Below are positions 38,932-53,585 of a stretch of DNA of 64,000 nucleotides, one piece after another. This stretch comes from a virus (taxonomy: Duplodnaviria > Heunggongvirae > Uroviricota > Caudoviricetes): the IMG/VR virus record IMGVR_UViG_3300032038_000006, one strand, 5' to 3'. Numbering within the stretch: position 1 is the first letter of the stretch; each line of letters starts with the position of its first letter. A program made the position numbers and the translations under genes. The notes under the pieces were generated by a model. It was not told the DNA's origin and searched no databases. It saw only the letters and a program-made list of their open reading frames with translations.

Positions 38932-41496
38932 GTGGCTAATATATTTGAACAATATGGTATTAAAGAAGTTGCTGATGTAACTATCTATGCTATTGAACTT
39001 GACAAATATGATAACGAGGTTTATATTCCGGTTATGTACCTCGACACCTTAAAAGTCTCTACATTAGAACAGACAGCAGAAGAAACCTCCGCCAGAGGCG
39101 GCAAGGGCAATCCTGAATTGATTACTTGGGACTATGGGAAAGAAATTTCCCTTAGTCTCGAGGATGCCCTCTATACTCCTGCAAGTCAGAGCCTAATGTG
39201 GGGCGGAAAGTTCGGAATAAAGAAGCCTAAAGTATAGGGCTTATGGAATCCTTTGGTTTATCCAAAAGATGAATATGGAAGAATTACATATCTTGAGAAG
39301 AAAGTCCTTCCGAATTATACAAATGGATACTTCACTTATGCAGATGGTACTCCTATTCGTGAGTTACCAAATTCTACTTTCCTATATTATGGTAGAGAAA
39401 ATGATACTGTTGTTTGTATCCATTCTGCAAGTTCTATAACTCCATATATAACTGCGATTACTCTTGCAATGGAATAGTCCGTTCTTCACAATGCATTAAC
39501 AGGAGAAGAGATTGAGGTAAAAACCGATGAGCTTACAGCAATGCAAGAGAATTTGGAAAACCTCGTTTTTGGTAGAGCGGCACAGGGTGCTTACTTTGTA
39601 GTTGATGAACACGGTATCCCTCAAAATCCTGAGATTCCTGCTACAGATTTAGGCGAAGTTACAGAATATGCTCCATCAACAGTTGTTTCATTTATTTGTC
39701 CTTGTGATGGCTCTATAAAGACAGTTCAGTTCGTGCCGGCAGAGGCAGAATATAAGTATGAGTCTCTTGACGGTTTTGCGGCAGGATATAAATGTCCAAA
39801 GGGCTATGAAACTGGTGAGAGAGAATCAGCAGAAGATACTGAAGCTACTCTTGTTAAAACTTACTACTGGAATATTGGAGAAAATTCAATCGTAGCAGGT
39901 TTGACAAAAGCTAAGCAGGACCATCCTTTAACTTATAAAGGAAGACCTGAAAGAGCAGAAATGGCAATCGACAATTATGGAGATTTCAATTTCAGTACTT
40001 TTAATATGCAGGTTCTTAACGGTGTTGAGGGCGATGGTATCATTACTCTTGATGATACTGCCTCAGACCAGTTCTGTATTTATACTCCAATTCCTAAATG
40101 TGATGGTATTATCGGAGATAGCGCAACAGCTTGTGGAAGTTCAGTTGCAGCTTATGGTTATGAGTGGAATAAGGTAGATATGAAGATGGTTTCATTTGAA
40201 GGAGATTAGGACATCTATTATCTTGAAAATGCAAATCTTCGTTATCGCGTTCCTCGTAATAGTACACAGAAGGAAATTATGATAGGCCGCCAGGGCTTCT
40301 ATGAAACAGTATATGATGCAGATTCTGAGCCACAGTGGATAAAAGCAAATGATGAAGAAATTGTTAACATTATGGAACTTACTCGTCAGAATATATAGAG
40401 ACAGAGTTACGGTTACTTTGTAAATCCATATGATGCAGCAATTGATTTCTTTATGAATGTTGAACTTAATCTTCCAGTTCAGAATAACAAGTCAATTAAG
40501 CGTTTTGTAAGAGTTCCTCTTGGACGTTTTTATATTATAGCTGACTGGAACTTCGGTGGAGATACTCCATATGACCTTATTCATCCTATTTAGAGTGGAA
40601 TGGAAAACGTACCAGTTCTTGATAGAATGGAGAAGTGCAAAGCAACTCAGACATTCGCTATTGATGCTAATAAGAATCTTGCAATGGCTAATTACCGTTA
40701 TATGCAGGAATATGCTGAAGCACCACTTACAGTATTTATTGACCCTAAGACAATGAAGCCTTATGAGCCAAATGCTGGCAGTTTCACTCGTCAGAGTGGT
40801 GATGTTATTACAGGTAATCTTCGTATTATAAAACAGTACGAAATTTATTATAAATGGACTCGTACAATAGCTCCTCCTTATACAACTCTTGGACATCGTA
40901 TTATTGTCGATGCCGAGCACTTCCCAGGCACATATCGTATCGTTGGTGAGACATATTGCCGTAGTCGTGATGATGGTAAGGATTAGAGATATTAGTTTGA
41001 GATTCCTCTTGCAAAGCTTTCACCTGAGACAAATCTTACTCTTTAGGCTGACGGTGACCCAACTACATTCCCAATGAAGTTTAAGGTATTGCGCCGCGAC
41101 GACGGAGTTATGATGAAGTTAACTCAGTACAATGTAGATTGCAACAGTTATGATGGCTACACAAGTGGTAGTACAAAAGTAGTTCCTACTGATGTTATCG
41201 AAGATAACACATATGATACTATTTACAGTTCTACTAAGGAAGCTGCAATTCGTCTTGTTAAACCTCCAACAATTACAAGAGAACTTACTGAGGAAGAGCT
41301 CGGTGGACAGGTTGAAATTACTGAGGATATCAATGCAGTACTTGATACATCTGCTACAGCTATAGCTGAAACATATAATACTCAGACTCTTGAAGTTGTT
41401 GATAGATAGGTTGTTAGAACTGAGAACACAGAATAGCTTGACAATGATGAATATACTGTTACAGTAGAAAATCTTGATGAGGAGGTGGGTGAATGA
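38932..41496 (+). CDS. Tail-tube paralogue 3, 854 aa, TAG-recoded
   Basis: Same core motifs; fragments 38932/39253/39541/40600/41074 share a frame; TGA overlaps ATG41493. Confidence 0.75.
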
Positions 41497-42956
41497 ATCT
41501 TTTTAAGCAGTACGGAATAAAAGAGGTCGCTGATGTAGTATTTTATAGTATTACTAAAGTAGGCGATGAAGAGTTCTACACTCCCGTCCTCGTTCTCGAT
41601 ACTTTAAAGGTTTCCACAATTGAGAAATCAGCAGAGAAAGTTGAGGCTAAAGGTGGTAAAGGTAATAAGAAGTTAATCACTTGGAACTTTGGTAAAGAGT
41701 TGACATTAAATCTTACAGATGCTTTATTTAGTCCAGCTTCAATGAGTTTAATCTGGGGCGGCAAGTTAAATGCTAAACTTACAGATTATACTTCTGCTAT
41801 TGTTAAATGTAATATGGCTAATAAATATGGTAGCCTTAATTATTCTACAAAAGCTTATCCATCACCTGCTCTTACAGATGATGAATGGGAGTTTATCTTT
41901 AAGGCGGCGCAAGAAACAGAAGTTCCTTCTGGTGCTGATAATGACCATGACACTGTTTACTTCATTGAAAATCCAACTGGTGATGAACCTTGGGTAGAAG
42001 AAAATAGAACAGAGTTAAGAAGACGCTATTTCAATAGAACTTGGGTAACTGAGTATACATAGGAATAGATGACTACTTCAAAGCCATTTACAACTGATGA
42101 TTATAATTCAGTAAAAAGCTTCACAACAGCTACAACATAGGATGAGTGGTTCCGTTCACAGGCCGCCATGCCAGAAATTGTTTTAGCGAAGATATTCTCT
42201 TATATCAATGAGTTGAAGAAGCTCGGTACTATTGAAACTGAAATCTATGACACAGAAGTTGTTGATAGAATGGAAAAATGTATTGTTAAAAATAGAGATG
42301 GTCTTACAATTAGTACAGCAGAACAGAAAAAGAACTTGCTTAAGTATTATCGTAATGACCAGACAACCAGCTATGTAATTTATTACGATGCTAAGACAAT
42401 GCTTCCATTACTTGCTGTTACTGACGAAGGATTTATCAGTGGATGGGATAGTGCAGACAACCCTGGTATATATGATAAGGACTTTAATAGAGTTACAGAC
42501 AACGACTTATTTAGAATTAAGCAGGGAACTGTTTATTATAAGTGGAGCCGCACTGTTAAAAGAAAGGTTGGCGACGATGATGGTATTCTCGGAAAGACAT
42601 TTGTAATTGATGCAGAGACCTTCCCAGATACATATAAAATCGTTGGAGAAACTTATATTCGTGAGCAGAAAACTGGCAAAGACCAGCGTTATCAATTTAT
42701 TATCCATAGAGCTCAGGTTTCTTCAGATACCAGTATCACACTTGAAGCAGAGGGCGACCCTACTACATTTGAAATGAAGATTGATGTTCTTACTCCTCCA
42801 AATGACATTCAAATGGAGCTTAAATAGATTGATGTAGATGAAGATTTCATCCACGGCGGTACTCGTATCGTTCCTCAGAAATCTCGCTACACATATACTC
42901 CAACAGATGTTCCTAAGAAGAAGACCGTCGGCTTTTCAAATGATGAACTATATTGA
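41493..42956 (+). CDS. Tail-tube paralogue 4, 487 aa, TAG-recoded
   Basis: Same core motifs; terminator GAGACGAC/GTCGTCTC follows. Confidence 0.75.
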
Positions 42957-43047
42957 TATTATGAGACGACTTCGGTCGTCTCTTTTCTTTATATACATCT
43001 CTATGAAAATCTACTTGTTATAAGAAAATGAAAAGGAGGTATGTCCA

Positions 43048-43950
43048 ATGGATAATTTTGTTGGAATGAAAGAGCTTTATGATGTCTCTTTAAGACTCAA
43101 CTCTCCTTTAGAGATAGGTGGAAAGAAGTATGATATAAATGAAACTGTATTAAGTTTTAAAACCGCTGAGATTGCTTAGATAAATGAGATAAAACGAGAA
43201 GTATCTGCTCGTGGCGGCTATCATAATCCAGCCCTTGTAAATTGGGAAGTTGATAAAGAAATGAACTTTGCAATAAGTCATGGTGTTCTTTCACCAAAGA
43301 GTTGGGCATTACTTAGTAATTCAAAATTGAAAGAGCCAGTATATAAATCTGTTTAGTATAATTAGGAATTATAGGCAATTGAAGAAGGAGATTATTGCTA
43401 TGTGGATTTAAAATATTGTCCAAATAGTTGCGATTGTAAACTTGGTGCACAGCCAAATCCTTGCTTTGAACCTTTGCCTATGGGTAGAAAACCAGAGTTA
43501 ATGCTTAAACCATTGCCTCCTTCTAAGACTAAGTGGATATTTATATACGATACGGAAACTGGTTAGAGAATTAGAGATTTTGAAATATATCAAAATCGTA
43601 TATTCTTTAAATAGTCTGTGAGAAAGGTTGAGGTAGATTATACCTTTGATTATGAAGATAAGATTAGGACGTTAGAAGTAGGTAATAGGCTTCTAAATGG
43701 TTTTCTCCGTTTGCAGGGGAAAATGAGTGTAAAGGATGAAAAGAGTGGCGAAGTAACCACTGCGATATTGGAGATGCCAAAGATTAAATTATCTTCGAGT
43801 TTATCAATAAGATTAGGAAAGAACTACAATTAGTCTACAGTTAGTGACTTCTTCTTTACTGGTTATCCAGATGAAAGTAGAAGAAGAGAAGACCAGACTA
43901 TTGCCTATGTTACTTTCTTAGATAAAGAATTAACTGGAGATTATATTTAA
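43048..43950 (+). CDS. Divergent tail-tube paralogue 5, 300 aa, TAG-recoded
   Basis: GMKELYDVSL / SARGGYHNPALVNWEVDKEMNFAISHGVLSP / LNGFLRLQGKMSVKDEKSGE...MPKIKLSS match the paralogue core. Confidence 0.65.
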
Positions 43951-43994
43951 GAGGGCGGCGCGAGTTGTCCTCTTTTTGTTTGTGAGGTGAGAGA

Positions 43995-45902
43995 ATGGAT
44001 AATATTGTTAATGGCTCTAAGCCTTCTATTATTCAATATACAAAAATGGGCAGAAAAGATAATATTGAATTAAATGCAGAGGAATCTTTCTTTTGGTCTG
44101 AAGAGTATAGACAATTTGCTACATAGGCTTATAATCTTTTGAATTAGCCTTATTATACAAAAAAAGATAAGTTAATTGCTGCGTTAGAAGATAAACTTTA
44201 GAGTTTATATATTACTGCAATTGGAAGAGAACAACAGTTTCTTACAGCAATTAAAGCTGAGAAAATTAAATCTGCTCCAGCTCACGTTAGCTCTCCAGAG
44301 AATGATGCTTATGCAAAAGAGTTTAATAAAGTAGTGAAAAAGAAATTATATAGTGATAAAAATGATTTAAGGGCATTATTTCAAGATTATGAATATGCTA
44401 CTTATTTATCTCATTCAAGCAATACTTTTAGTTTACACGCATCTGCACAAGTAAAAGGACGAAAAGTAAATACTGCTACTTATGAATTAGCAAATTTATT
44501 TTTGACTGAAAAAGGAAAATCTATGATTGAAAAAGGACCTCAAAGAAGTGCCTTTTTAGAGACAAGAAAGTTGACTAATAGAGATGAATATAATAAATGG
44601 CTTGTGTAGTTTGAAAAGTATATGAATGATTATATAGGAGAGGGGATAGGAACCGCGGCATTACAGTCTCCAGAGTTTGTTGAAGGCGTTTATAATAATA
44701 TAGGTTCAATTTTTGAATAGGAGGCTAATGCTCTTTTTAATGGAACGAGAAGGGACATATATTTTAACGCTCGTACCAATGGAACTAAAAAAGGTGTATC
44801 TGAGTAGACAGAGAGAGAGTTAAAAAATATTTTAAAAAGAGTTATGAGTATTGCTGCAAAAACAAGTGGGGTTGATATTAAATTTGATACTCCAATAGGA
44901 CCCCTTTCTTTATCAAGCGATGTAACTGTTAATAATGGTATCTACGCCGCATAGGTTAATGCGAAATTATGGACCGATGACGGAACTATGATTTCGCCAG
45001 AATAGATGGTGGATATATTATATGATGTTTTATACACTACCGCAATAAGTTTTGCAAATAGCCATAATGATTATGATTAGAAAACTATTGAAAGAGATTT
45101 AATAAATAATAAATCTATTATAAGAGATATTATATTAACAGATATAAATAAAAATGAGAATGAACAGACACGAACATCAGAAGATGTTAGAAAGATAATT
45201 GCCCGTTGGGGATATGCACAAACAAGAGGTATTCTTGGAGAACTTGCTGCCGCAATTGCTGTTGTTTCAAAAATTAAAGGAAGTTCTGCTTCAGTTACTG
45301 GTAGTGATGAAACAGAAGCCGGCGAAGTTGCAATGGACGTTGTCGTTTAGATTGCTGGTAAAAAGTTTGGATTCCAAGTAAAGAATTTTAAGAGTCTAAA
45401 AAAACAAAGCGGTTTTTATAGAACTGACTTTGACATTTCTAACAAGAATATTATGTAGAAATATGTAGGAAATGCTGCTGATACATATTATTGGTTATTT
45501 ACAAATGAAAAAATGTTAGAGAAAGACGGCGCGGATGGAGGTCTTGGATGGACTACTCCAATTAAATTTAAACACGCTATTGAGATGTCATTATATGATT
45601 ATTCAGATAATTTTTTAAGAATATCAGCTGGAGATACTGATGATTTTACTCGTAGCGATGCTTTCTTTTTAAAGAATTTAATTATTCCAAGTTCTTATTT
45701 ATATTATTTACTTATAAAAACAGTAAGAAATGCTAAATCTCCTTAGAGATTTGACTTTCAAAGAAATACTTAGAATAATAAATTTAATACGCTTGAAGAA
45801 AACGTTCCCTTTAAAGCAACTTCTGTTTAGTCATTGGTTAGTGGTTTAAATGGAAGAATTGAATTTAAAGGAATAAACTTTAATTTAGATAAATTTGAAT
45901 GA
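43995..45902 (+). CDS. Hypothetical protein with a PD-(D/E)XK-like motif, 635 aa, TAG-recoded
   Basis: GAGGTG RBS; RGILGE...MDVVV*IAGKKFGFQVKN. Confidence 0.65.
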
Positions 45903-45922
45903 CAAAAGAAGAGGTGAATTAA

Positions 45923-48900
45923 ATGGGTTCAACTACAATTAGATTGAGAAGTGAACTTGATGTATCTGGGATACTTAATTCCATAAAACAAGTTCGTTCA
46001 GAGCTTGCCAAACAAGGCGATTCTCCCTTAATAGGTAATTTAGATAGGGAGATAGCTAAAATACAGAATTTGGGCGCAACAATTAAAGCCCAGATGGAAA
46101 GAGGATTCTCCTCTTCAAAAGAGCTTTCAGCTTTTGAAAGCAATATGAATAAGCTTGAGCTTGATGTAAGAAAAGTTGGGTAGAGCTTTGACAGTATAAA
46201 TGCAGATAATTTAAAGAGAATTATTAAAGATGTAGATAATTAGGTTGCATCACTCCGTCAAAAAGCAACAGATTTATCTAAGAGTCTTAAATTAGCTTTA
46301 AATGTTGAAACTTCAAGCATGGGAACTACTGCCAAGAATCTTGTTGCTGAAATAACTAAGATGGCGCAGGAAGGAAAATCTTATGAAGAAGTACAAAAAA
46401 GAATATTGTCTGTTTATGAAAAATAGGTAAAAGAAGAAGAAAAGAAAACTGCTGAGATGGAGAAATAGCTTAATTTAGCAAAAGGTCAAGAAGTTAAGGT
46501 AGAAAAAAGCGGTTTTTAGAGACAGCGCTTTACTACATCAGACGGTAGTCAAAAACTTGATGATACTTAGTTAAAAGCTGTTAATACAGCATATGAAAAT
46601 GCTATTAAAGGTGCACCATCTGCAAAAAAGGCTTAGAAAGCTTTTGGCGAAGAATTAGAAAGATTAGGTATTAAGGCAAAGAATGTTGAAGGTATTATGA
46701 ATCGAGTTTCAGAAGCCTTCTTAAATTATCGTAATGCCGTAAATAAAAGTAATAAAAATATAGACTCTTTAAATAATAAACTTGAAAGATAGAGAGCAAA
46801 TACAGCAGAAGTTGAAACAGAAAGTCGTCTTATGGTTGAAGCACTTGATAGAACAAGAAGCGAATATAATAATGTTACTATCGCGGCCAATGATGCAAAT
46901 AAAGCAGAAGCCGAAGGAGAAAAAACTAAAGAAAGAGCGATTGAAGCTTCTAAGAGACAGGCGGCAGAAAATGCAAAAGTAACAGCAACTTTGAACGATT
47001 AGATGAATTAGGAAAAGAAAAATGTAAGGGTAACTGATGAATAGAGATAGGCTCTTGATAAGTTGGATTAGAAATTTGACCGTATTAGTAATACTATCGC
47101 TCGTTATGCTTCTTTTACTTTTGTATTTAGAACAATTCGTAGATTAATTAGTGAAACTTTTGCTGATGTTGAAAAACTTGATAAAGCTTTCGCTTCAATT
47201 GCGATGGTAACTAATAAGAGCGTAAGTGATTTGTGGTCAAGTTATGACCAGTATGTTGCTATTGCAAATAAACTTGGACAATCTACTGAGTCTGCAATTA
47301 AGGCTTCAGCTTTATTCTACCAGCAAGGTCTTGAGACTGCAGATGCATTGAAATTGACAGAAGATACTATGAAATTGGCAACACTTGCCGGAGCAGATTT
47401 TGAAACTGCTACTCAGCAGATGACTGCTGCCCTTCGTGGTTTCCATATGGAAATGGATTAGGGCGCTCATATTACTGATGTTTACTCAGAACTTGCTGCT
47501 CACGCTGCTGCTGATGTTAATGGTATTGCATATGCGATGAGTAAAACTGCTTCTATCGCGGCAAATGCTGGTATGAGTTTCGAGACAACATCTGCACTTT
47601 TAGCATAGATGATTGAAACTACTCAGGAAGCTCCTGAGAATATCGGTACTGCGATGAAAACAATTATCGCAAGATTTACTGAGTTAAAGAAGAATGTTAG
47701 TGCCACAGAGTCAGAATTTGAAGACCTTGATTATAATAAGGTTGATACTGCGTTAAAAACAGTTGGTATTAATATTAAAGATGCTACTGGACAGTTTAGA
47801 AATCTTGATGATGTATTTCTTGAATTAAGCTCTAAGTGGGATACTCTTGATAGAAATAGCCAACGTTATATTGCAACTATTGCCGCTGGTTCTCGTCAGC
47901 AATCACGTTTCATCGCTATGATGGAAAATTATGAAAGAACTATGCAATTAGTTAATATAGCACAAGATTCTGCCGGACGTTCAAATATTTAGTTCTCTAA
48001 ATATGCAGACACAGTTGAATATCGTGTTAATAAATTAAAAAATACTTGGGAAGCTTTTAGAGTAAGTTTAGGTAAAAGTGAAACATTTAAAAAGTTACTT
48101 GATTTAGCTAATAATTTATTAGTTGTATTTACAGATTTAACTGCTACATTACCAAAATTTACTATGACTTTAATTACAGTAATGACTACTGTAAAAGCCT
48201 TGAAATTACTTGTTTCTACATTAAAAGCGGGAACAAGTGAATTTGCAAAAGGTTATATGCAGGCCACAGGTAAATCTCCTGCATAGAACATGGGTTAGCA
48301 AATAACAGCGGGTGGTGTTCAAGCCGCAAATTCTATGAGAAGAGGTATTATAGAAGGAGGTTTGCAAGCTGCCGCAGAAATTCGCGGAGCCTTAGCTGGT
48401 TTTGGCGGAGCCACAACAACTGACATCACTTTGTCTTCTTCTGTTGAATAGGCTGCAGCAACATTTGCGACTGAAACAGATTAGGCTGCAAGTTATTTTT
48501 CAACCGCAGTAAATGATGCCGCTTCTACATTCACTATAAGTGTAACAGATGCCGCTGCGACAGAAGAAGCTGGCGCATGGACAGAAGTTGCTACTGAAGA
48601 AGCTGGTGCTGCAACAGAAGTCGCTACTGAGGGAGCTGGGGCCGTAGCAGTAAATGCTGAGAATCTTGCTGCAACTCAAACAGAAAATGCATTAAGACTT
48701 CACGAAACTGAAGTAGAATGTCAAATGAGATTGGCGGCAGCGTAGGGAGAGTCATTATCAAGAACTGGTACATCATTTGCAAGTAAAGCTGGTGGTTTTG
48801 TAGGTAAAGTTCTTCCTGCAATTATGGCTGTTGCAACAATAGCGACTGTAGCTATGGGATTCAATTCTACAAGAGCTGCGAAAAAAGAAGAACGTGAGAA

Positions 48901-51900
48901 AGAACGCAGAGAAATTTATGAATTAGCTACAACAAATATGAAGGAAAAATAGTCTTATAGTATGGCTCCATATAATAAAGCCCAGAACGATTTAACTTCA
49001 TTAGAAGATGCAGTTGATGCTATTAATACATTAAGTAATAGGACTTATTTGAGTGCAAAAGAGCAAGAAAGATTAACTACAGCAACTGAGCTAATGAATA
49101 ATTAGTACCCTGATTTAATAGATAGTTTTGATGAAAATACAGGGAAGATGGTTCTTCTTACAAAGAAAACAGATGAAGCCATAAAAATGCAGAAAGATGC
49201 CGTTACGGCACAAAAAGCTATTGCAGCGGGACGAATGGGGTCAGCTAAAGCTAATACTATAGGTGCTGTAGGTGAACAGTGGGGAGGCCAAAAAGTTGTA
49301 GGAGATAGTTCTATACAAAGAGGCTTCAATGATTTTGGTAATAACAAGAATGCTTAGAATGGTGTAATTGCAGGATTAGCAGTCACAGGTGGCGTAATAG
49401 GCGGAGTAAAACTTGGCTCAGTTATTGGTGGAGCTATTGGTTCTGTTATCCCAGGTCTTGGAACTGCAATAGGTGCAGGAATTGGTGCGGCGGCCGGAGC
49501 TTTAATCGGAATTGGAGTAAGTGCATGGGCGCGCTCATATGCTGAAAGCCATACGGACATGACTGAAACTCTTAATATGTTTAGCAAACTTAGTGACGAA
49601 GCTTAGAGAAATATCTATGAAGAATTAAGTAGATAGACAGGAAAACAAATAGATTCACAGGAAAAACTTGAAGATTGGCTTGAAAAAAGCGCCTCAAAAT
49701 AGGAGCAATTTATAGGAATAGTTCAAGATGTATTAGAAGGTATGCGCCAAGAAGCTGTTAAAGAAGAGCGTCATAATGCAACAATTGTATATTTAGCAAA
49801 TGAAAAATATGGAAAAAATGAAGAGTCAATTAGTGAGACATTCTTAAGAGGTTTCCATGATTAGAGTACAACTAACTATGAATTAAAAGAAACCGATTTT
49901 GAAAAAGCATATTCAACATCAGATATAGAAGATAGAAATTCTAAAAAATTAACTAAAGTAATTAAAAAAACTGATGGCGGATATGACCCGATGGGCAAAG
50001 AAAAAAGAGAAGAATATGAAGCTATGCATACTGCATTAGAAAACGCCCTCGGAGAAGATAATCAATTTATTAAATGGGATTTATTATCAGATGAAGTGAA
50101 AGGTGCTCTTGCTCAATGGGGATATACATAGGATTAGTATGCTAAACTTGAGGGTCAAAAAATTAAAGACGCTTACGGCTCAATTAATGAAAATTTCTAT
50201 AATAAAATTGTTGGAGACAGATTGATTAATACATCTAAAGAATTAAAAGAAAATTTGGATAAAATAGTAGACTCTGATTATTGGCCTGCAATTTAGGAAT
50301 TAACTGATATAAATAAGTTGGCTTCTGAATATACACCAGAAGAAATTCGTAAAAAATATGACGAAGTCTCTGAATAGCTTAGCGGAATTGTAGATAATTA
50401 TTCTAAGTACGGATTTAATAGTGCAGAGGCAGCTGAAGATTTTGTAGAATAGCTTAGACAGGGTATTTACGGTAAGGATTCTGAAGGAAATAATATTACA
50501 GATGGAGCATCTGAAATATTTGATACATATGATGCTGCAAAATAGCTATTAAAAGATATTGGATTCTCTGATGCTATAACTGAAGGTATGAACGCAGAAG
50601 CTCTAATGGCATTAAATGCTGTTGGAGAAACTATTATGGACTCAGAAAATGCTGGAGTTATAGTTTATGCCTTAAATAAATTAATGAGCGATATTCCTGG
50701 AAATCTCGACAAGAAAACTGCCGCAGCAGTTAAAAATTATATTGCCGAGCAGTTAACTCCAGATAACTTTGATGTGACGCGTTGGAATGAGTACATTGAG
50801 CATTTAGCTTTATTAACTGGCGATGCAGAATACGCAAAAAATATAGTAAGTTCATTATATAATGAATGGAATAGCTACGATTTACTTTCTCCAATAAAAG
50901 ATATAGAGTCTTATAATGAAGCTCTTAAAAAAGTTATTGAAACTATGAAAGATGCTTAGAGTGCTTTTGGAGATATGCTTTCTGCTTATAAGAGCAGTAT
51001 TGGCAAAAATGGCATGACTGTTGATGACATAGATAAATTAGTGGATGGCGGTTATGGTTCAGCTATTAATGAAAATGGAACTGTTAATTTAGAGAAAGCA
51101 TTAGAGACATATAGAGGTAAAATTAGCTCATAGCTTGACGAAGCAAAAGCAATAAGAGAATCATTAAAAGATGATACATTAACTGCTGAACAAAGAATTG
51201 AAAAAGAATAGGCTTATAGCGCAGCCATTGCTGCGGCGTAGGCTATGGAAAAACACGCAGCTCAAGACTTAATAGATATGGAAAAAGAACTATCTAAAGA
51301 AAGAGCAGAAGCAGAAGAAAAGTATAATAAAGCATTAAGAGATGAATAGAAACAATTAAGAGATATTGCTAAAGCAGAAAAAGAAGTTCAGGCGGCGTAT
51401 CACGGGTCTTCAACTTGGAATACTTCTTTAGGCCCAATGTATAATTATGAAACTACTTTAAATCAAATTACTAATGCTTAGGAACTTTATAATTTAGAAT
51501 TAAAAGATACTACTGATTTATTAAGTAGAATAAATGTATTAAACAATAAAAATGCAACGGCTCATGATAAAGAAGTACTGCTCGGAGCTAAATCCAAGGT
51601 TATTACTGAAGCCATGAATGACAATGAAAACTGGCTTAATCAGTATTCAGATTTTTGGTATAAAAATAATGGTCGTTATTTATTCAATTATTCTTATGCT
51701 AATAGCTCTGATATGCCAGATAAAATGAGAGATGAAATTGCGAGACGTTTAGGTGAATAGAACAGTTATGCAGAATAGAATGAAGCAATTTTAAAAGAAA
51801 AGAAATAGTTTGATTAGGATATGCTTGCAGAATAGAAAGAATATCTAAATAAATATAATAGTTTACTTAAAGAAGGAGCAAATATTCTTAAAGAAAACGC

Positions 51901-53530
51901 ACAAGAAGAAGTAGATACATTAAAAGAAAAATATGAAAGCATGAAAGAAGCTGATGATGAATATTACGATGCATTGTCTGAAGCAATTGATAAAGAAAGA
52001 AAACTCCGTGATATGGCTAATGCAGAAGAAGACCTCGCTGAAAAAGAGAAAAAATTATCTTTATTACAACGAGACACTTCTGGAGCAAATGCAAAAGAGA
52101 CTTCATAGTTGCAAGAAGAAATAGAAAAAGATAGACAGGACAATTTAGATAAGCAAGTCGATATGCTACTTGAAGAAATGAAAAAAGCAGCAGAAGATAG
52201 AGCTAAAGAAAGAGAAGCATTAACTGAAAATACAGAGGCTATAATTGAATCAACAGAATGGACTAAATTAATGAAAGAACAAATGAGTTCTTGGACCAGT
52301 GAAGACGACGCTGTAGCTTGGCTTTACGCTAATAAAAAGATAGATGATATTACTGATGAAGAGATTGAGCAAATAACTAATGAATGGAAAGAAAAATATG
52401 CTGATGGTTTATCTTATTTAGCATAGTTTAATGAAAATTATACTGGATATATATAGGCAACAGATTAGGAGATATAGGCAGCTTCTTAGAATATTCAAAA
52501 TGATTTAATTAATGCAAGTAATAATACAACCCAAAAAGTTAAAGAAGATATAGAAGAAGCTCAACTTTCTGCTGATAATGCGCTTGCTGATGCAAAAGAT
52601 GCTTATGCTGAATTAACCAGAAATATTGCTGATTATAAAGAATCTTTATTAGATGCTAATACTGCATGGGATAATTACTATAAAACTCATAAAGAAGGAG
52701 CATAGAAATATGCAACAGATTTAGCAGACTGGTATGAAAAAGAATTGGCAAGAATCGCTAAAGAAAAAGCAGATACTCTTTATTCAGAGACAGAAGACTT
52801 AGGAAAACATTATACAGAATCTTATAATAAAGCTCCAACTGGTATGGAAAAAAGTGCTATTACTTATGCAGCCGAAGAAAAAGGATATGTATGGAGCGAA
52901 GATAAGAATGGATTCATATATAATCCAACAAGAGCCTCTTAGATTGAAGCTTCAAGAAGATATGTTGCACCAAAGACAAAGACAGAAGAGCTTTAGGAAT
53001 TATGGAATTAGCTTGATACATAGTCAGACCCTTCTCAAGATATGGGAGTGCCTGTTTATCAGATTGCTTGGAACGCTCAATACAGATATACAAAAGATGA
53101 AAGCGTTGCAAAAATGTGGAAAGAAAATGGAGCATCAGTACAGTATGACCCAAATCCAATGGCTTAGGGAACTGGCAGCGGCTATGGATATAATTGGTAG
53201 AAATATGCAACTGGTGGACTTGTTCCATATACAGGTATAGCTCAGGTAGATGGTACCCCATCTCGACCAGAAGCCTTCTTATCCGCAGAAGATACAGAAC
53301 GTTTCTTGACTGCGGCACAATTATTTGCAATGTCACCACTTCTTAATTCTGCATCCGCTCAAAATGCCGTTTCTTCATCTATTGGAGATACTTCTATAGA
53401 AATCAACATTAATGTGGAAAGTATTTCAGATGATTATGATGTTGACCGCTTAGTAAAGCGTGTTGAGGAAGATATTGCTGAGGCTGCACAGCCTACAGGA
53501 ACAGCAGTCATTTTAAACAAAAGAGTCTAA
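45923..53530 (+). CDS. Tail tape-measure protein, ~2535 aa, heavily TAG-recoded
   Basis: Seven track fragments (47204, 47609, 49148, 50588, 52109, 52745, 53306) are in frame with ATG45923; TMP-type segment MIETTQEAPENIGTAMKTIIARF...LSSKWDTLDRNSQRYIATIAAGSRQ; long helical composition. Not every codon was checked. Confidence 0.88.
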
Positions 53531-53585
53531 AGGTTATGGGGATAAGAAATTATCCCCATAATGCCTATTTTAATGAGGTGAGAAA

